The position numbers and the translations under genes were made by a program. A DNA stretch of 64,000 nucleotides from Octopus sinensis. Lineage: Eukaryota. Below, one piece after another: positions 23,776 through 38,156 of this stretch (its first letter is position 1; each line of letters begins with the position of its first letter). The notes beneath the pieces are model-generated. The model worked only from the letters and a program-made list of their open reading frames with translations. It was not told where the DNA came from and did not search any database. The DNA is taken from positions 35,402,001-35,466,000 of the forward strand of contig NC_043014.1 in NCBI RefSeq assembly GCF_006345805.1. Reading direction: 5' to 3'.

Positions 23776-26589
23776 TCCACTATATATAAGCGGTATAAAT
23801 AACTGCAAATGACAAAAGAGATTTTAATATGAATCATTTTTATGAGACACCGCTCGAATAGGATATATGTATGCTGCACATACGCTACTTCAATTCTATG
23901 GTTTCCAATTTTAATATTGCATAATCAGGTTTTTTATTGAGCCGGCTTCATATTCAGTTAAATATCGTTCAGACAAAGCCTAAGAAATTTCTCTACAACT
24001 TCATTGTCCATTGTAATGTCAACAACAGTGAGTGTAGTTTCTTACATTAGAAGGCATCTCAAGCTGTGTTTTATAAATTCTTTTCCAGTGTTACCATCAC
24101 ACATGTTGTAGTTAGAAGAAACGTAGTACCATTTTTCTTTGTCTCTCTTCGGATATAGTATCTACAGTTCTCACTTGAGAATCCGAGGTGCTATATCCAA
24201 AGAAGTACTGCACAGTGCGGATGCAAATTACTCAGCCAATACCAAGCGGCAGCTGTTCACTTGCTATCATTTTCACTTTTAGCGAGTATAGTATGTTATT
24301 GATTTGGAAAGGTTTTTCCTATTTTTCGTACTGGGTAGTTTTTATCTCGCTGCTGTAGATCCCACTTCAAGCAGAGCGACCCATTTAAGGGGTGTATTTC
24401 TTGACAACAGTCAGCTCTGAAGTCAAGTGCTGTTCGGTGGGACATAATGCCTCCACTGATCCGCTTTCATACTGCATGTTGATCTAATCACTAGTGAGGT
24501 AATGGCCGCAAGGATATAGAGATTAGTAATGTTATTAATTTAAAACAGCTTGTGCATAGATATATGTACATTTGCATGTAAGGATATGCGTGCTTGTGTG
24601 TGTGTGGGGGGGTGTATGTGTGTGTGTGTGTGGGGGGTATGTGTGCGTATAATTGAATGTATGTATATATATATATTTGTATAGGTACGAATATGTATGT
24701 GTATATATATATATACATATATACATACATATATATACATATGTGTGCATGCGCACGCGTGTATGTATGTATGTATGTATGTATGTATGTATGTATGTAT
24801 GAATGTATGTGTGTATGTGTGTATGTATGTATGTATGGATGGATGGATGGATGGATGGATGGATGGATGGATGTATAGTTCGTATGCATGCATTTATAAA
24901 CGCATGTATGTATAATCCCCATGCATGCATTTTATAAACGTGTATGTGTAGGTAAGGAGCAATGATGCATCATTTCAGCCGCATTTCAGACTCATAAACC
25001 AACAACGTGCTAAAAACTCGGAGCATTTAGATTAAGAGAACAAGAAGTCATGTTGATTCTCTGGTAGTCAATAGTTCTTAAATGTCTGAAGTATTACCCG
25101 CCTACTATGTTCCCTTCGTACTGTGGATATCACTAATTGCACGAACTAACGATCTCACAAATTGAAGATAGCCTGCATTTAGCATGCAGCATAGTCAGTG
25201 ATAAATGTCTGCTAAACGAGATTCTGGAGATTACGAAGAACATCCGGTTTTTAGAGTTGATTTATAGTAAGTTAGAAACAGAGACATTTTTTCTAGAGTT
25301 GGGTGGCAGACAGCATATGCCGACAAAGGATTTATCTCACTGAAGAAAGCGTGCTTCGACAGGAAGCAATTAAGACTGGATCGAGCTTCTTATATATATA
25401 GCCTTTCCGACATTTGGATGGTTTCCTCAGTTGTAAGAACTTGTACTTCATCTTGTACTTGTAAATTTTTGCTCCCGATGTTTTGAAAGTACTTTATTTC
25501 ACATACGTACGTATATACAAATGTATTTAATATGATATTTAACACACACACACACTCATATATATATAGTCGTACAAATGATTCTATTGATTATTATAAA
25601 CAAGCATACGAACAGAATCGTAGATAAACATCCAGGCACATATACACGCGCACGCAACTACATAGATACACACATACATACATTCAAACTGCAAATTAGA
25701 GTATCCACTACAGCGCTGGACTAATTTATGTACACCAGGTGAAACCTCCTTCCTGGTTTCTCTCTCTCTCTGTTACACGCTGTGAGTCTTGAAATTGAGA
25801 CAACACTGAAGGTATGGCTGAACATAATCATACTATAATTATGCTAATGGATTTTCACATAGTACACAACACACTAGACATGTTCCAGTCGAAATTATTA
25901 GAAGATGGTGTTTGCATTCACGCTTCTCAGATTGAAGTTGGTGGAATTTCTCAGCCTTTTGTGCGCAAAGAAATCTTAATAGAGAAAATTTAGTACTGTA
26001 CGGTACCACCCAAAACATCAGCACACACAATAGGACGTGTGGCATCACATCCTGATTGGTTGTCGCTGCACAAATTAACAAATGAGAGCTACCACGCATA
26101 TTGAGCAAAACAATTCAACTTACACGGTTTGCCATCAAACTCTGCAAAGGACACATTGGTTTCTTATGATCAATCAACTCGATGAACCGGATGCTCTCCG
26201 TAATCTCCAGGATCTTATTGAGAAGACGTCAATCACTGAAAATGATGTATTCTACTTACAAGTAATCTTCATTCTACGCGACGGCTAGGCTGAGTTTTAT
26301 TAGTTAGTCAGCTCCGCAGTATGACAGGAACACAGCTTCTGATGCATAAGAACTAGTGACTACCAGAGATTCAACAGGACTTCTTGTTTTCTTGATCTAA
26401 ATGCTCTGAGTTTTTAGCACGTTGTTGGTTTATGAGTCATATACAGTCTGAAGCGATGGGTCATTGCTCATTACGCTCGCACACACTAAAACACACACGT
26501 TTATAAATCCATGTGTGTGGATTCTATTATACACATATATACATATGTAATAGTAATATATTATATATATATATATACATACACACACA

Positions 26590-26678
<89 letters not shown>

Positions 26679-26687
26679 TATATATAT

Positions 26688-26895
26688 GTGACCTCGTCTG
26701 TATCACTAGCGATTTTTTTCCCCCTGTCTTCCCTTCTCGGATCTTTCCTTCTCCTATGTTTCCGACGAAGAGCTCCGCTCGAAACGTCAAACCCTCTTTC
26801 TTCCCTTCTTTCCTGAGCGTCCAATAATACTTTATTTGTTCCACGTCCTTGCGTTGTTGTTTTTTTGTTGTTGTTTACTTGTTTGGATTAACTTT
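26688..26895 (+). mobile_element. H1-related cassette flanked by (TA)n on both sides
   Basis: Shares GAAGAGC..GCTCGAAACGT and TTCCTGAGCG with 519-686. Confidence 0.6.
26758..26792 (+). ncRNA. Minimal type-I hammerhead-like motif (U4C variant)
   Basis: GUUU-CCGACGA-A-GAGC(UCC)GCUC-GAAA-CG-UC-AAAC, with a GUC cleavage triplet. Confidence 0.65.
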
Positions 26896-27089
26896 ATATA
26901 TATATATATAATTATATACACGCATACATACACGTGTATATTTCACTTCTACGTATTCCTGCCACTCCAGTATATTCTGGATGTGGGAGTAGTTATTGGC
27001 ATTCGGATGAAGGAATGTGTGACGAATTTCAACGAATTAAACATAACACAAAATGAACAAATTGAAATAAATCCTAAATAAAATAATAC

Positions 27090-27172
<83 letters not shown>

Positions 27173-27257
27173 CACAGACACACAACACACCTTATATATA
27201 CATATGTCCATTATTACGTCTTTTTATGACTATATATGCGGGTGTATATACATATGA

Positions 27258-27310
<53 letters not shown>

Positions 27311-27442
27311 ATATATATATATATATATACGTATGAGAGAGGAAGTGGTGGTTGAAAAGAGGTGTTCAGTACACCGATTGTAACTCGAACTGTATATGTG
27401 ACCGTGTCTGTGTGTCATTGTGCGGGATTGTGCATGGATGCA

Positions 27443-27473
<31 letters not shown>

Positions 27474-27890
27474 ACGTTTATGCATGTATATCTCTGTGTG
27501 TAAGTAGAATATATAAAAAAAAGTGTTGTAGCCCAATAAGTAATAAATCTATTTTGTGGTTCCGGGTTCCATCCTATGGCGCTCTATATTAAGTACATGC
27601 GTTCTACATTACCCTCGACTGTACCAATGTATTGAGAGTGAAATTTTGTAGAAATAAACTGAGCAGTTTATATACCTACCTACCTCATATACCTACCTAC
27701 ATACATACATACCTACCTACCTACATACTTAGCTATATCCACCTACCTGAGTTCATATGCATACATATTAATGATGAAGAGTCAAAACTGCAAATTAGGG
27801 TATCCACTACAGCGCCGGCCTAATTTATGTATACCAGTGCAAACCTCCTTCCTGCTCTCTCTCCCTCTCTCTCTCTCTCTCCCTTCTCTC

Positions 27891-27939
<49 letters not shown>

Positions 27940-29078
27940 ACATACCGTCTCATATTGAGTCATACACACATTGTAGTGAGAAAAGGAGGAGTTGGGATGG
28001 ATTACGGTGATGGTCGACATCGATGATTGGCGTTGATGATAACTGAGGGTGATGATTGCGATAATAATGGTGATTACGTTGGTGACGATGTTGCTGGATA
28101 TAATAATGATGATGATCCTTACGTTGATAGTAGTGACGATGATGATGAGACTAAAACTGATGTTGATGAAAAAAGTAACATTCAATTAAAAAAAATCCGC
28201 TAGTCTCCCCCATATATACATACATACACGCCTATATACATAAAATATATACAAACACATACACCTATACATAAATACATACATACATACATACATACAT
28301 ACATACATACATACATACATACATACATACATACATACATACATACATACATACATACATACATACATACGTACGTATATACAAATGTATTTAATATGAT
28401 ATTTAACACACACACTCATATATATATAGTCGTACAAATGATACTATTGATTATTATAAACAAGCATACGAACAGAATCGTAGATAAACATCCAGGCACA
28501 TACACACGCGCACGTAACTACATACATACACACGTACATACATTCATACATATGTGTATATATATATATATATATTAAGAAAAAACTTACTTAGAAATGA
28601 ATGCGTGCGTTCCGTCATATAATAACAAATTAATAAATAAAACATATGCATATATACATACATATGTACGTACCTACCTCTACATGTATATATACATGCA
28701 TATATGGGTACAGGACACCAAAAAAAAAACGTCGAACACAATGAGAAACGAAAACATAAACACAAAACCAAGGAAATGGACATTTTTCTTAAACAACGAA
28801 AACATAGAGTACAGGACATACAACACAAGGAAAATTCCCCTTCTTCAGCCGCCTCTGTTTCATCTACTCCGCGTATACATATGTGTGTATATATATATAT
28901 ATACACGCACACACACATATATACATATGTATTTATACATAGATATATATGTATATATGTATATACATACATGTATAATATACATATAGATATAGATATA
29001 TGTATATACATATATATGTATATATATGTGTGTGTGTGTGTGTATATATAGATAGATAGATAGATAGATAGATTGATT

Positions 29079-29153
<75 letters not shown>

Positions 29154-30561
29154 TGATAGATAGATAGATAGATAGATATAGATATAGATGTATATATGTA
29201 CATACATATACATACACACACATATAAATCACGTTATATCAAAATCATAGACAAAGTACATACACACATACGTACTTTACACACTTAACAAACAAGCACA
29301 CACATAAGGAATGGGGATGCTAGAGATATATATGATTTTCAATTGGAAACGGTGCCAAGTAACCAAATAATGTCAGTTGTAAACAGATGAAATGTCGACA
29401 CAATCAACAATTAAGTCTTCCGAAAGAAACATAAAAGATTCCTTTTAGTCTTAGCAAAAGAATGTTCCTTAGCTCCAAAACCCCACTGCTTCCACATCTC
29501 CATTACCATTTGAACCGCCGACACCCCCAACATTTTCACGACTCCCCACCACCACTACAATCACCACCGCTTCCACGACCATCATCTTTTCCTCCACCAC
29601 CAACGCTAAAAAATATCAACCACTAAATTAGCCTCCTTTTTCACCTCCATTCTCAGCCAGTAAACTAAGCTCAGGAATTTGCCAGTCCCACAGGCTGTGG
29701 AACCTACACATGCGTCGAAAAAGTTTCTATATGCGTATGTATGTAGTAAGTAGGTGAGAGTATGTTTCACTGAGTACGTATGTGTCTTTTTGTGTGTATG
29801 TGAGTATATGCGTGTATACATACATGCATATATGTGTCATTCTGAATGCGTATATGTGTATGTTTGGGTTAACATGTAGATATGTTTGTAAGAATGAATG
29901 AATGTATTTGTGCATGTGTGATTTTGCAACCTTTAATGTGCTTGCATGACCTGATACGAGCCAACAGTAAATCCTTAGTAGAACCATTTGACTTGCAAGA
30001 AATAATAGTTAAAACTCTAACTGTTGCTTTTAAAAATTAAAGAACAGAGGGAAAGACAGGATGATTACAACTTGAATCCCTTTGATCGTAGTTCTGCTCA
30101 GTCATGGGCGACCTTGGGCTAAACAACAATAACCTGACTTAGCACAATTTTCTGGTATGCCATTGCTTCCTCTTTCCTACCCGCTACCTCGAAGTTGCGC
30201 TACTTCGAAATTGGTTTTTTTCGAGAACTGGTTATAGAGTAGGTTACAGTCGTTGTACTAAAGTATCTCGCCTCGCCTTCCTCTGACATCATATTATTTC
30301 ATATTGCGTGGAATGTCGCATGAGCGAAGCAAAAGAGCTACTGTTCGACACTTGTTTCATTCGTATTATTTATAGATTTCCAAAAGTGATAACGGTGGTA
30401 TAAATTGCAAGGATTATGTGCTTTTAAGTTATGAATTGATCGTCGCCGATTTTAATCTTTCCTGTCATCGTTTCCGGATTTGATTAAATAAATATCATTC
30501 AAGCATAAATTATAATAAATTGACTTCGTTTCTTCGTGTGACATATACCTGTGTTACAATA

Positions 30562-31116
30562 TTGAGTTGTCCGGAAAGTTCGTGCCGATTTATGGTAGCT
30601 TATTTTAGAACAAGTTGAGTGCTTAAAATAGAATTTGACTACACCTCCATTCAGAGCACAGTTTAAGCTATCTTTTCGTGGAAGAAGATTTATGTTCCTA
30701 TAACCTGTGTTAATTCTGTAACCCTTTAAAATGGAAGATAAGAAAGTTCATTTCAGCACTTGATGCTTTGGTAACCAGACAAAAATTGCTGCAGCTCGGC
30801 TGGGATGTGTTACCCCACCCTCCATATTCACCAGATATTGCTCCTTCGGATTTCCACTTACACAGGTCTCTACAGAATAGTCTTAATGGTAAAAATTTCA
30901 ATTCCTTGGATGACGTAAAAAGATACCTTGATGAATTCTTTGCCATGAAATCACACCTCAGTTCTGGGAAGAGGGTATTTTCAAGTCAAAGGAAAGATGG
31001 AGACGCATTGTGCAACAAAATGGTTCATATTTGGTCGATCAAAAATGTAATGGCAAGTATTTATTGACCTTTTTACTTTCCTTTAAAAATCGGCACAAAC
31101 TTTCCGGACAACCCAA
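30562..31116 (+). mobile_element. Internally deleted mariner element
   Basis: ~30-bp TIRs TTGRGTTGTCCGGAAAGTTYGTGCCGATTT with TA TSDs. N-terminal MEDKKVHF is joined to LGWDVLPHPPYSPDIAPSDFHL. Confidence 0.95.
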
Positions 31117-31867
31117 TATTTGGAGGGAAACAGCAATATCGCCAGAGCGTTAGAGAAAATTCTTAGAGGTTTTGCTTCCGACTCTTGATGTTCTGAGCCT
31201 AAATCTCACCGAAGACCAGTGCTAGGGACTTGTAATCCACTAATCCGCCAACTTTCTTCAAAATTATTTGCCTTCAGCCTACAATAAGGGATCGATAAAA
31301 TCAGCACTAGTCGAGTTGTGGGTTCGATGTAATTGGTTAACTCCCTCTTCTTTCCTAAATTTCTGACCTTGTGCCATACGGCAACAAGCTGGCAGAATCA
31401 TTAGAACGTTAGAATGCTATACTATCTTACGTCCAAATTTTTGTATTTTGAATTCAAATCCTGGAGACGCCAACTTAGCCTTTCATCCCTACAAAAATCA
31501 TTAAAGTAATGTACCAATACTGGAACTGATGGTATCGACTCAAAATTGTTGGTTTTGTGCTCAGTCAGAGACTGTTATCTTACAAATACTATCACAAGCT
31601 CACTTAATTAGCAGAGATGTTATTCCGAGATTTCGTGGCAGAAAGTCTCCTCAAACCTCAAGAAACTTCCTCAAGGTTCTTACAGAATAGTGTATGGTTT
31701 TTCTATGGAACGTAAACGGAAATAAAATCAAATCTTCAAAACTTCTTCCATGGAACAAAATCGAAGACATACGAGAAATTTAACATAAAGAAAAAGCTAT
31801 GAAGATGTATGTATTTATAAAATAGAAATCGTGGTATTTTTAAGGATCCTAGCAGTTTTGTTTAAAC

Positions 31868-32060
31868 AGGCGTGGCTGTGTGGAAAGAAGCTTGCTTCGC
31901 AACCACATGGTTCCAGGTTTAGTCCCACTGCGTGGCACTTTGGGGAAGTGTCTTCTGCTATAGCCTCGGGCCGACCAAAGCCCAGTGAGTAGATTTGCTA
32001 GATGGAAACTGAAAGTAGCCCGTCGTATATATATATGTTTGTGCGTCTGTGTTTGTCGCC
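31868..32060 (+). mobile_element. SINE family B, 5' half
   Basis: Matches 11898-12120. Confidence 0.85.
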
Positions 32061-32232
32061 TACAACAATTATCGAATGCAATGTATACTCGCTCGTGAGT
32101 GACGGTTAACTATACTATGCTTCTTTTATCCTTGATTCATGACGTTACCGATGATTATTTGAATGACTTCCATCGGACAGTGGTTCTCAATCTTCATTTT
32201 CATTGGCGTACTAGAGATGAATAAAAAAAATG

Positions 32233-33471
32233 CACAAGCCACAAAAATAAAAATATTTCTCTGCTGTCAAAAGATTTTTACTTCATCTAGGAGTTTTTTT
32301 GACACACCGAATCCGAAAATGACATTCATTTATTACCATCACGTTAAGATTTAAAGATACTGGATTGTAGAATTTCATCATCTTTTCGGGGTTTTTTGGG
32401 GGGTTTTTTTTTGTTTGTTTGTTTTTTGTTTAATAGAACAACTTATGAGAAACAAGTCATAACATACGAACATACAGAGAAATTGACTTTTCTTCAAAAC
32501 AAGAATCTTCTCTTAAAAAATTCTACTGAAAAACTAATAGCAATATTAAAATTTCCACAAACAAATTACATCATTATTTAAGCCTAATTTCCCATGAATT
32601 CGCGTTTGGATGATTTTCTTGAGTGCTGAACCCCAGAAAGATCATGGGCCAAGTTTCAGCAATAGTTTGTCATCATATACAAATCTCACCTGCCGTGACA
32701 CCTTTATTCCATTGATTTTATGTCCTCATGGAAACGTTCTCCTTACTTGTCTCCAAGATTATCCAATTAGCTGTGTAGCTTTTTGCTCATATTTTCTTCC
32801 AACAAAGTTCTCCAGTATACTTTCGACTATTCGACTATTTCGGCATAGTTGGCTGCTTATTTATTACCCAATAAGGCATTTACAATTATTACAGATAAAT
32901 TTCTTGCTGCTGCTTCAATGCAATTCTTTGAATTTACAAAGTTCCCATCTTCCAACAATTTTCTGATTGGTGGCCCATTTTCTGATTTGAGGCCCATTTT
33001 CAAATTTGAGGCCCATTTTCAGATTTGAGGCCCATATTCTGATTTGAGGCGTTTCACTGCTCAGGCCGTTGCAAATATAGTGAAAGTATGGTCCATCTTT
33101 ATCCTGAGCTTTATCCAAGTTTGATATGGAGAGGAGGTAGAATGATTTTCCAGATTGAACTAAAGGCTCTTCGACTACACTAAAAGACCGTGGAACTAAT
33201 GTTCGATGCGGCCATTCTTTGATCACCTAATGGTTTTCCCCGTTCTCTGCATAAAAGTATAGATATATGGAGCAACCAGGAGAAACTTGACGATTTTAAA
33301 GTCCATGCATATCACCTACTGATTATCGGCGGAGTGAGGAGCTGCGGGAACATCTTGCAATCTAGACGTGATGGTAAAATATAGATTCCGTTTTTGGATT
33401 AAGAACATCAAGAAACTTTTAAATCAGATAAAAACGTCCTAACAACAAAATACCTGCGGGTTGTGTTATTG
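32233..33471 (-). mobile_element. Degenerate DNA transposon, probably Chapaev3-like, nested in a hAT-type MITE starting at ~32178
   Basis: Relic motifs VICMDFKIVKFLL, KEWP.R, EPLV, KAQDKDG.YF.YI and GPQIR. Inverted subterminal blocks (CCATCACGT.AAGAT / ATCTAGACGTGATGG), CAC start, 3-bp ATG TSD. Family name is from recall. Confidence 0.65.
32972..33050. repeat. 19-bp minisatellite x4 (GGCCCATTTTCWGATTTGA)
   Basis: Directly visible. Confidence 0.92.
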
Positions 33472-34895
33472 ATGCACTTAGGATGGAAACTCAAAAAAAG
33501 AATATTTTCTAATTAAAAGTTTAAAAAAGAAAAAAAAAGAAAAATATTGCCTTTCTGGTTTTATGAATCAGATTTCAGAATAGCAAATATCAGTATTTTC
33601 AAGATATCTAAGTATTAATATGGATTTTCTTAAGAGTTAAGTTACATTTCTAAAAGATTTTGCGGTGCATCGAGATATCCCATACAAGGCATTAGTGCAT
33701 CGTGGCATACTATTTCAGAATTAGTGCATGCAGATATAAGGTAGCGGTGAAGCGTAGTGAAATTTTGAACTCAGTACGTTGAAGGATGGAACTAAATACT
33801 GTAATACATTTAATTCGGTGCTTTCAATACATAACACATTCTTGGTGGCTAATTCTATGAATAAATTACTAGTGCGTTAACACCACTAATTTATTCATGT
33901 TGTTGTTTTATACAGTGCTACAAAGAATTAGTTATATATATATATACAAAACTAGTTTACCCAATTTGCTTAAATTCTTAATAATGGATTTATTGTCTGA
34001 TAATTGTTTATCTGTTCATGAAGATAAAGGATATAAAGAACAATGCATTTACATCTTCCGTCTATACATGGTGTTGGCTGAACTTTATACATACATTCTG
34101 TGGCACAGCATAGTATAGAGATTGTAGAAAATAGAAGCAAATACCTTGTGGTTTCTTATTACTTCTTTTATTTTTCGAATTCTACTGGGGGTTGACTGTG
34201 TCTCTCAGCGCGCATCTGAAGGGGTATGAGGGATGAAATATATAGTAGCAATATACCTGAGACCCATTCCACCGCTTGCACTTCCCATACACACTCATCA
34301 GTAAATTAATGGCCTTATGCTTATATTAGAAATTATTTATGACATGTAAAAGAAAAAAGTCAAGTAGCAGGCACATTTGATAAGCGAAAACGACATACAT
34401 GGAAGTATCAAGTTACTTTTATTTACGTTCTAGGTTCAAATCCCACTGGAATCCATTTTGTATTCCAAGCCAATGGAGTATTGTGCAACAAACGTAATAC
34501 CATCATATTGTTCAGTGAATTCAGCTGACTTTTCTTATCTTCCTGTAAAAATAAATATACGAAACATGCTTGTAGCCTTTTGCTAAAACATAACATAACA
34601 TCTTTTCTAATGATGAATTCGTAGAAACGTTGGAGTGTCGAACCACGTACAATATATTTTAATCCCGTCCATTTCTGTTCAGAGTTCTTGATCTGCCAGT
34701 GTCACTCTTTTCATGTCATAGTATGGGCAATAAAAGATATACGAATCAAATGTTGAGTATAATCGACTACAACCACCTTTGAGTATATGATCAAGCGATT
34801 TAAATCTATGATCTTACATGCATACATACATGTATGTATGTATGTATGTATGTTGTATGTATGTATGTATGTATGTATGTATGTATGTATGTATA

Positions 34896-34978
<83 letters not shown>

Positions 34979-34981
34979 ATG

Positions 34982-35017
<36 letters not shown>

Positions 35018-35052
35018 AAGAGACGGATAGATAGATAGATAGATAGATAGAT

Positions 35053-35094
<42 letters not shown>

Positions 35095-35359
35095 TATCAC
35101 AGCACGAAAGAGAGCATAAAATAGAAAGTTATTCACTTATTTATATTTCTCTCCATAGAAATGTAATGTCTTTACTATTCGGTTGTAGGATCTTCATCAG
35201 AATGTAGAAATGGAGAAATGAGAAGGAACGAAAACAGAATACTAGTGTAAAGAAGACAAAGATGCAGGCGTTTCAGAAGGTCCTACAAGCTATTTACCCG
35301 ACTAATCTCCACTATATACTGTTGCTGATCAGGGATACAACCATGACCCTATTATATTC

Positions 35360-35588
35360 CGGCGAGTTGGCAGAGACATTAGCACGCCGGGCGAAATGCG
35401 TAGCCGTATTTCGTCTGTCGTTACGGTGTGAGTTCAAATTCCGCCAAGGTCGACTTTGCCTTTCATCCTTTCGGGGTCGATAAATTAAGTACCAGTTACG
35501 ACACTGGGGTCGATGTAATTGACTTAATACCTATGGTTGTCCTAGTTTGTCCCTTCTATGTTTAGCCCCTTGTGGGTAATAAATAAAT
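35360..35588 (+). mobile_element. Family C SINE monomer
   Basis: Matches the unit of 48662-48880. Confidence 0.9.
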
Positions 35589-35605
35589 ATGTATGTATAG
35601 GTATA

Positions 35606-35664
<59 letters not shown>

Positions 35665-37132
35665 GAGAGAGAGAAGGGGAGAGTTAATAAAAAGCTGAAC
35701 TTCTTCAACTTTAAGATTTGTAGATCTTTTATTGACCACACTAATTCTTAAAACTAAAAATGTATCTCGAGAGAGACGCAGATCCAAAAGATTCAGCGTT
35801 TAGTTTACCGTCTATTAAATATAGCGTCTGTCAACGCGGACATCAATTACCACTTTCACGTACATCACCACCTTTGCCACTAGATGTTTCTGGGTTATCG
35901 CTATCTTCATAGAGACCATCTTCGGTGCCAAAAATTGAATTACTGATTCCACACTTTTTATACTTCGTCTACTATTTCTATTCACGCAACAGTCCATGGC
36001 ATCTTCACTCTGTGATAAATCTGTGCAACATTACGCCACTTCAGTCCGTTCTGTTCCTTTCTTAAATTCCTAGTAATCACTTACTTGTTTCACTATTCTC
36101 GCCTGAAACTTTTGAATGGCTTCTCTTGTTAACTGAAACGACGCGTAATGGTAACTGTGATGATGATAGCTTAAGTTTTTAGGGGTTTTTTTTCATTTGT
36201 TTTGTTTTTCTCTGTCACTTTTGTCTTGTAGACTTGTAACCGGGCTCACGCTAGTAATGGTGTTTTTTAAATAGACAATCTATTCTTTGTCTGGCCACAG
36301 TTTCACATAATCTTCGACCATCCGTAAACAAGAACACCGAATGTGATAACTTATTTGGGTGGCGCTTTTCGTTTTAAAGATTAGTAAAAATAGAAGTTTT
36401 GTGTCGATTGGATTATAGACCAAAATACGCCTTATTTGAAAGCTCAAATGTTATAGCAATGACTGAAATCTCACATTCACCCATTCTATATTTTGAAAAT
36501 ACAGTGTTTCTGGAAAATGTGTTTTTATTTTATTCCGCTTCGTCTAGTTTTGAGGCATTCAGTGTCTTTCTCTTTTAACACTCGACGTCTTAAAGGAAGG
36601 TTCCCTGGAGAAAATTCTACAGCTAGTAAGCATTTAAACAAACCATTAAGTAAGTGACATCGAAAATGTTTACATTATTAAAACTGCTTCTAATTCAAAA
36701 TTTTATTTTATTTATTATTAGTAGTAGTAGAATCGTTAAAGCGTTTGACAAAATGCCTTGTGGTATTTCTTCAGGTTCTTGGTTTACCCGGTCCCTCGCC
36801 TATTAATATGTATGACTGTGTATCTGTGTTAGCAATTATTTTGACAAACAAACGTAAAGCGATAGTTTCGCAAAATCGCTAGAGCATTAGAAAAATTGTT
36901 TTGCAGTATTCATTTTGAATCTTTATGTTCTGGGTTCATATTCCGCCGAGATCAACATTGCTTTTCGTTCCTCCAGTTCCAATAACATACGAATCGACAA
37001 TTTTTCATATTCTTTTACATGCTAGAAACAATGAAGTTGTAAAATGAGTTGTAAAAATCACTAGAACATCAGCATTGTGACATTTCCTCCGATTCTATGC
37101 AAAGGGAGACAATCCCCTGTTTATTATTATTA

Positions 37133-37545
37133 AGGTGGTGAGCTGGCAGAATCGTTAGCATACTGGGCGAAATACTTAGCAGCATTTAGTCCGTCAATAC
37201 GAGCTGATTTCAAACTCCGCCGAGGTCGACATTGCCTTTCATGCTTACAAGGTCGATAAGATACGTTCCAGTGAAACACTGTGGTCAATGTAATGGACTA
37301 GCCTCGGGTCTTTAGTAGAAAAGGTTATTAAGGTGGCAAGCTGGTAGAATCGTTAGCATGTCGGGCGAAATGCTTATCAACATTTCGTCCATCTTTACGT
37401 TCTGAGTTCAAATTCCACCTATGTTGACTTTGCCTCTTACCCTTACGAGGTCAATAAATTAACTACCAGTTGAACACTGGGGTCGATGTAATCGACTTAC
37501 CCCTTCGCCTGAAAATGTTGACCTTGTGTCAACATTTGAAGCCAT
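37133..37545 (+). mobile_element. Two adjacent older family C SINE copies, each with its own head
   Basis: AAGGTGG..AGCTGG.AGAATCGTTAGCA at ~37133 and ~37330. Confidence 0.8.
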
Positions 37546-37781
37546 CATTACTGTTATTATTAAACATGGATTGGCAAAATTGCTAGCTTTTTTCCGTTAG
37601 AAGTCCAAATTCACCCGACGCCAACTAATCACATGTTGGCAGTCAGGCAGGGATACTGGAGTCGATTTAGTCGACTAACCCACAGCAGCCCTAAAATTGC
37701 TGAAAATGTGCTTTAATTTTAAAACTAACTACAATCATTATTAAACAAGACGTATAGAATTCTTTCTAAACAGTGAGAAAA

Positions 37782-38071
37782 AAAGGAGGCAGTCAAAATT
37801 TTGGATAATTCTTTATTATTACCGCTTTCGTTCGTTTAAACGAACTCTTCCGGATAAGAACTAAAATCAAAATGCTTACGATAAAAATAGACCGTTTCTT
37901 TGATGTTTCTTTGATTTGTGGCGTTTTTTTGCTTTGCTTTTTGCATGTTCTTTTATGGATGGTTTTTGATTTGCTTAGAAGAGGAGAATATATTTTTTTC
38001 TGCCGAAAGGGAGGAAAAGCAAAGGAGAGAAAAGACAGAGAAAGACACAAAATGTGTGTGTGTGTGTGTGT

Positions 38072-38156
<85 letters not shown>

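Noticed and set aside
24960-26470. Short non-repetitive ORFs (25137-25343, 25839-26108, 26082-26288)
   Set aside because: No recognisable motifs and no consistent exon structure; possibly old TE debris, which needs a BLASTx to decide.
28825-28850. Minus-strand CUGAAGAAGGGGAAUUUUCCUU (similar CUGAAGA at ~6085 and ~21075)
   Set aside because: The second half of the hammerhead core is absent.
35165-35205. Minus-strand CUGAUGAAGAUCCUACAACCGAAUAGUA hammerhead echo
   Set aside because: Helix II, GAAA and helix III are all broken; it may be a relic but cannot be supported.
35815-36160. Acidic, coding-like minus-strand stretch
   Set aside because: Interrupted by stops and frameshifts, and no family is recognisable with confidence.
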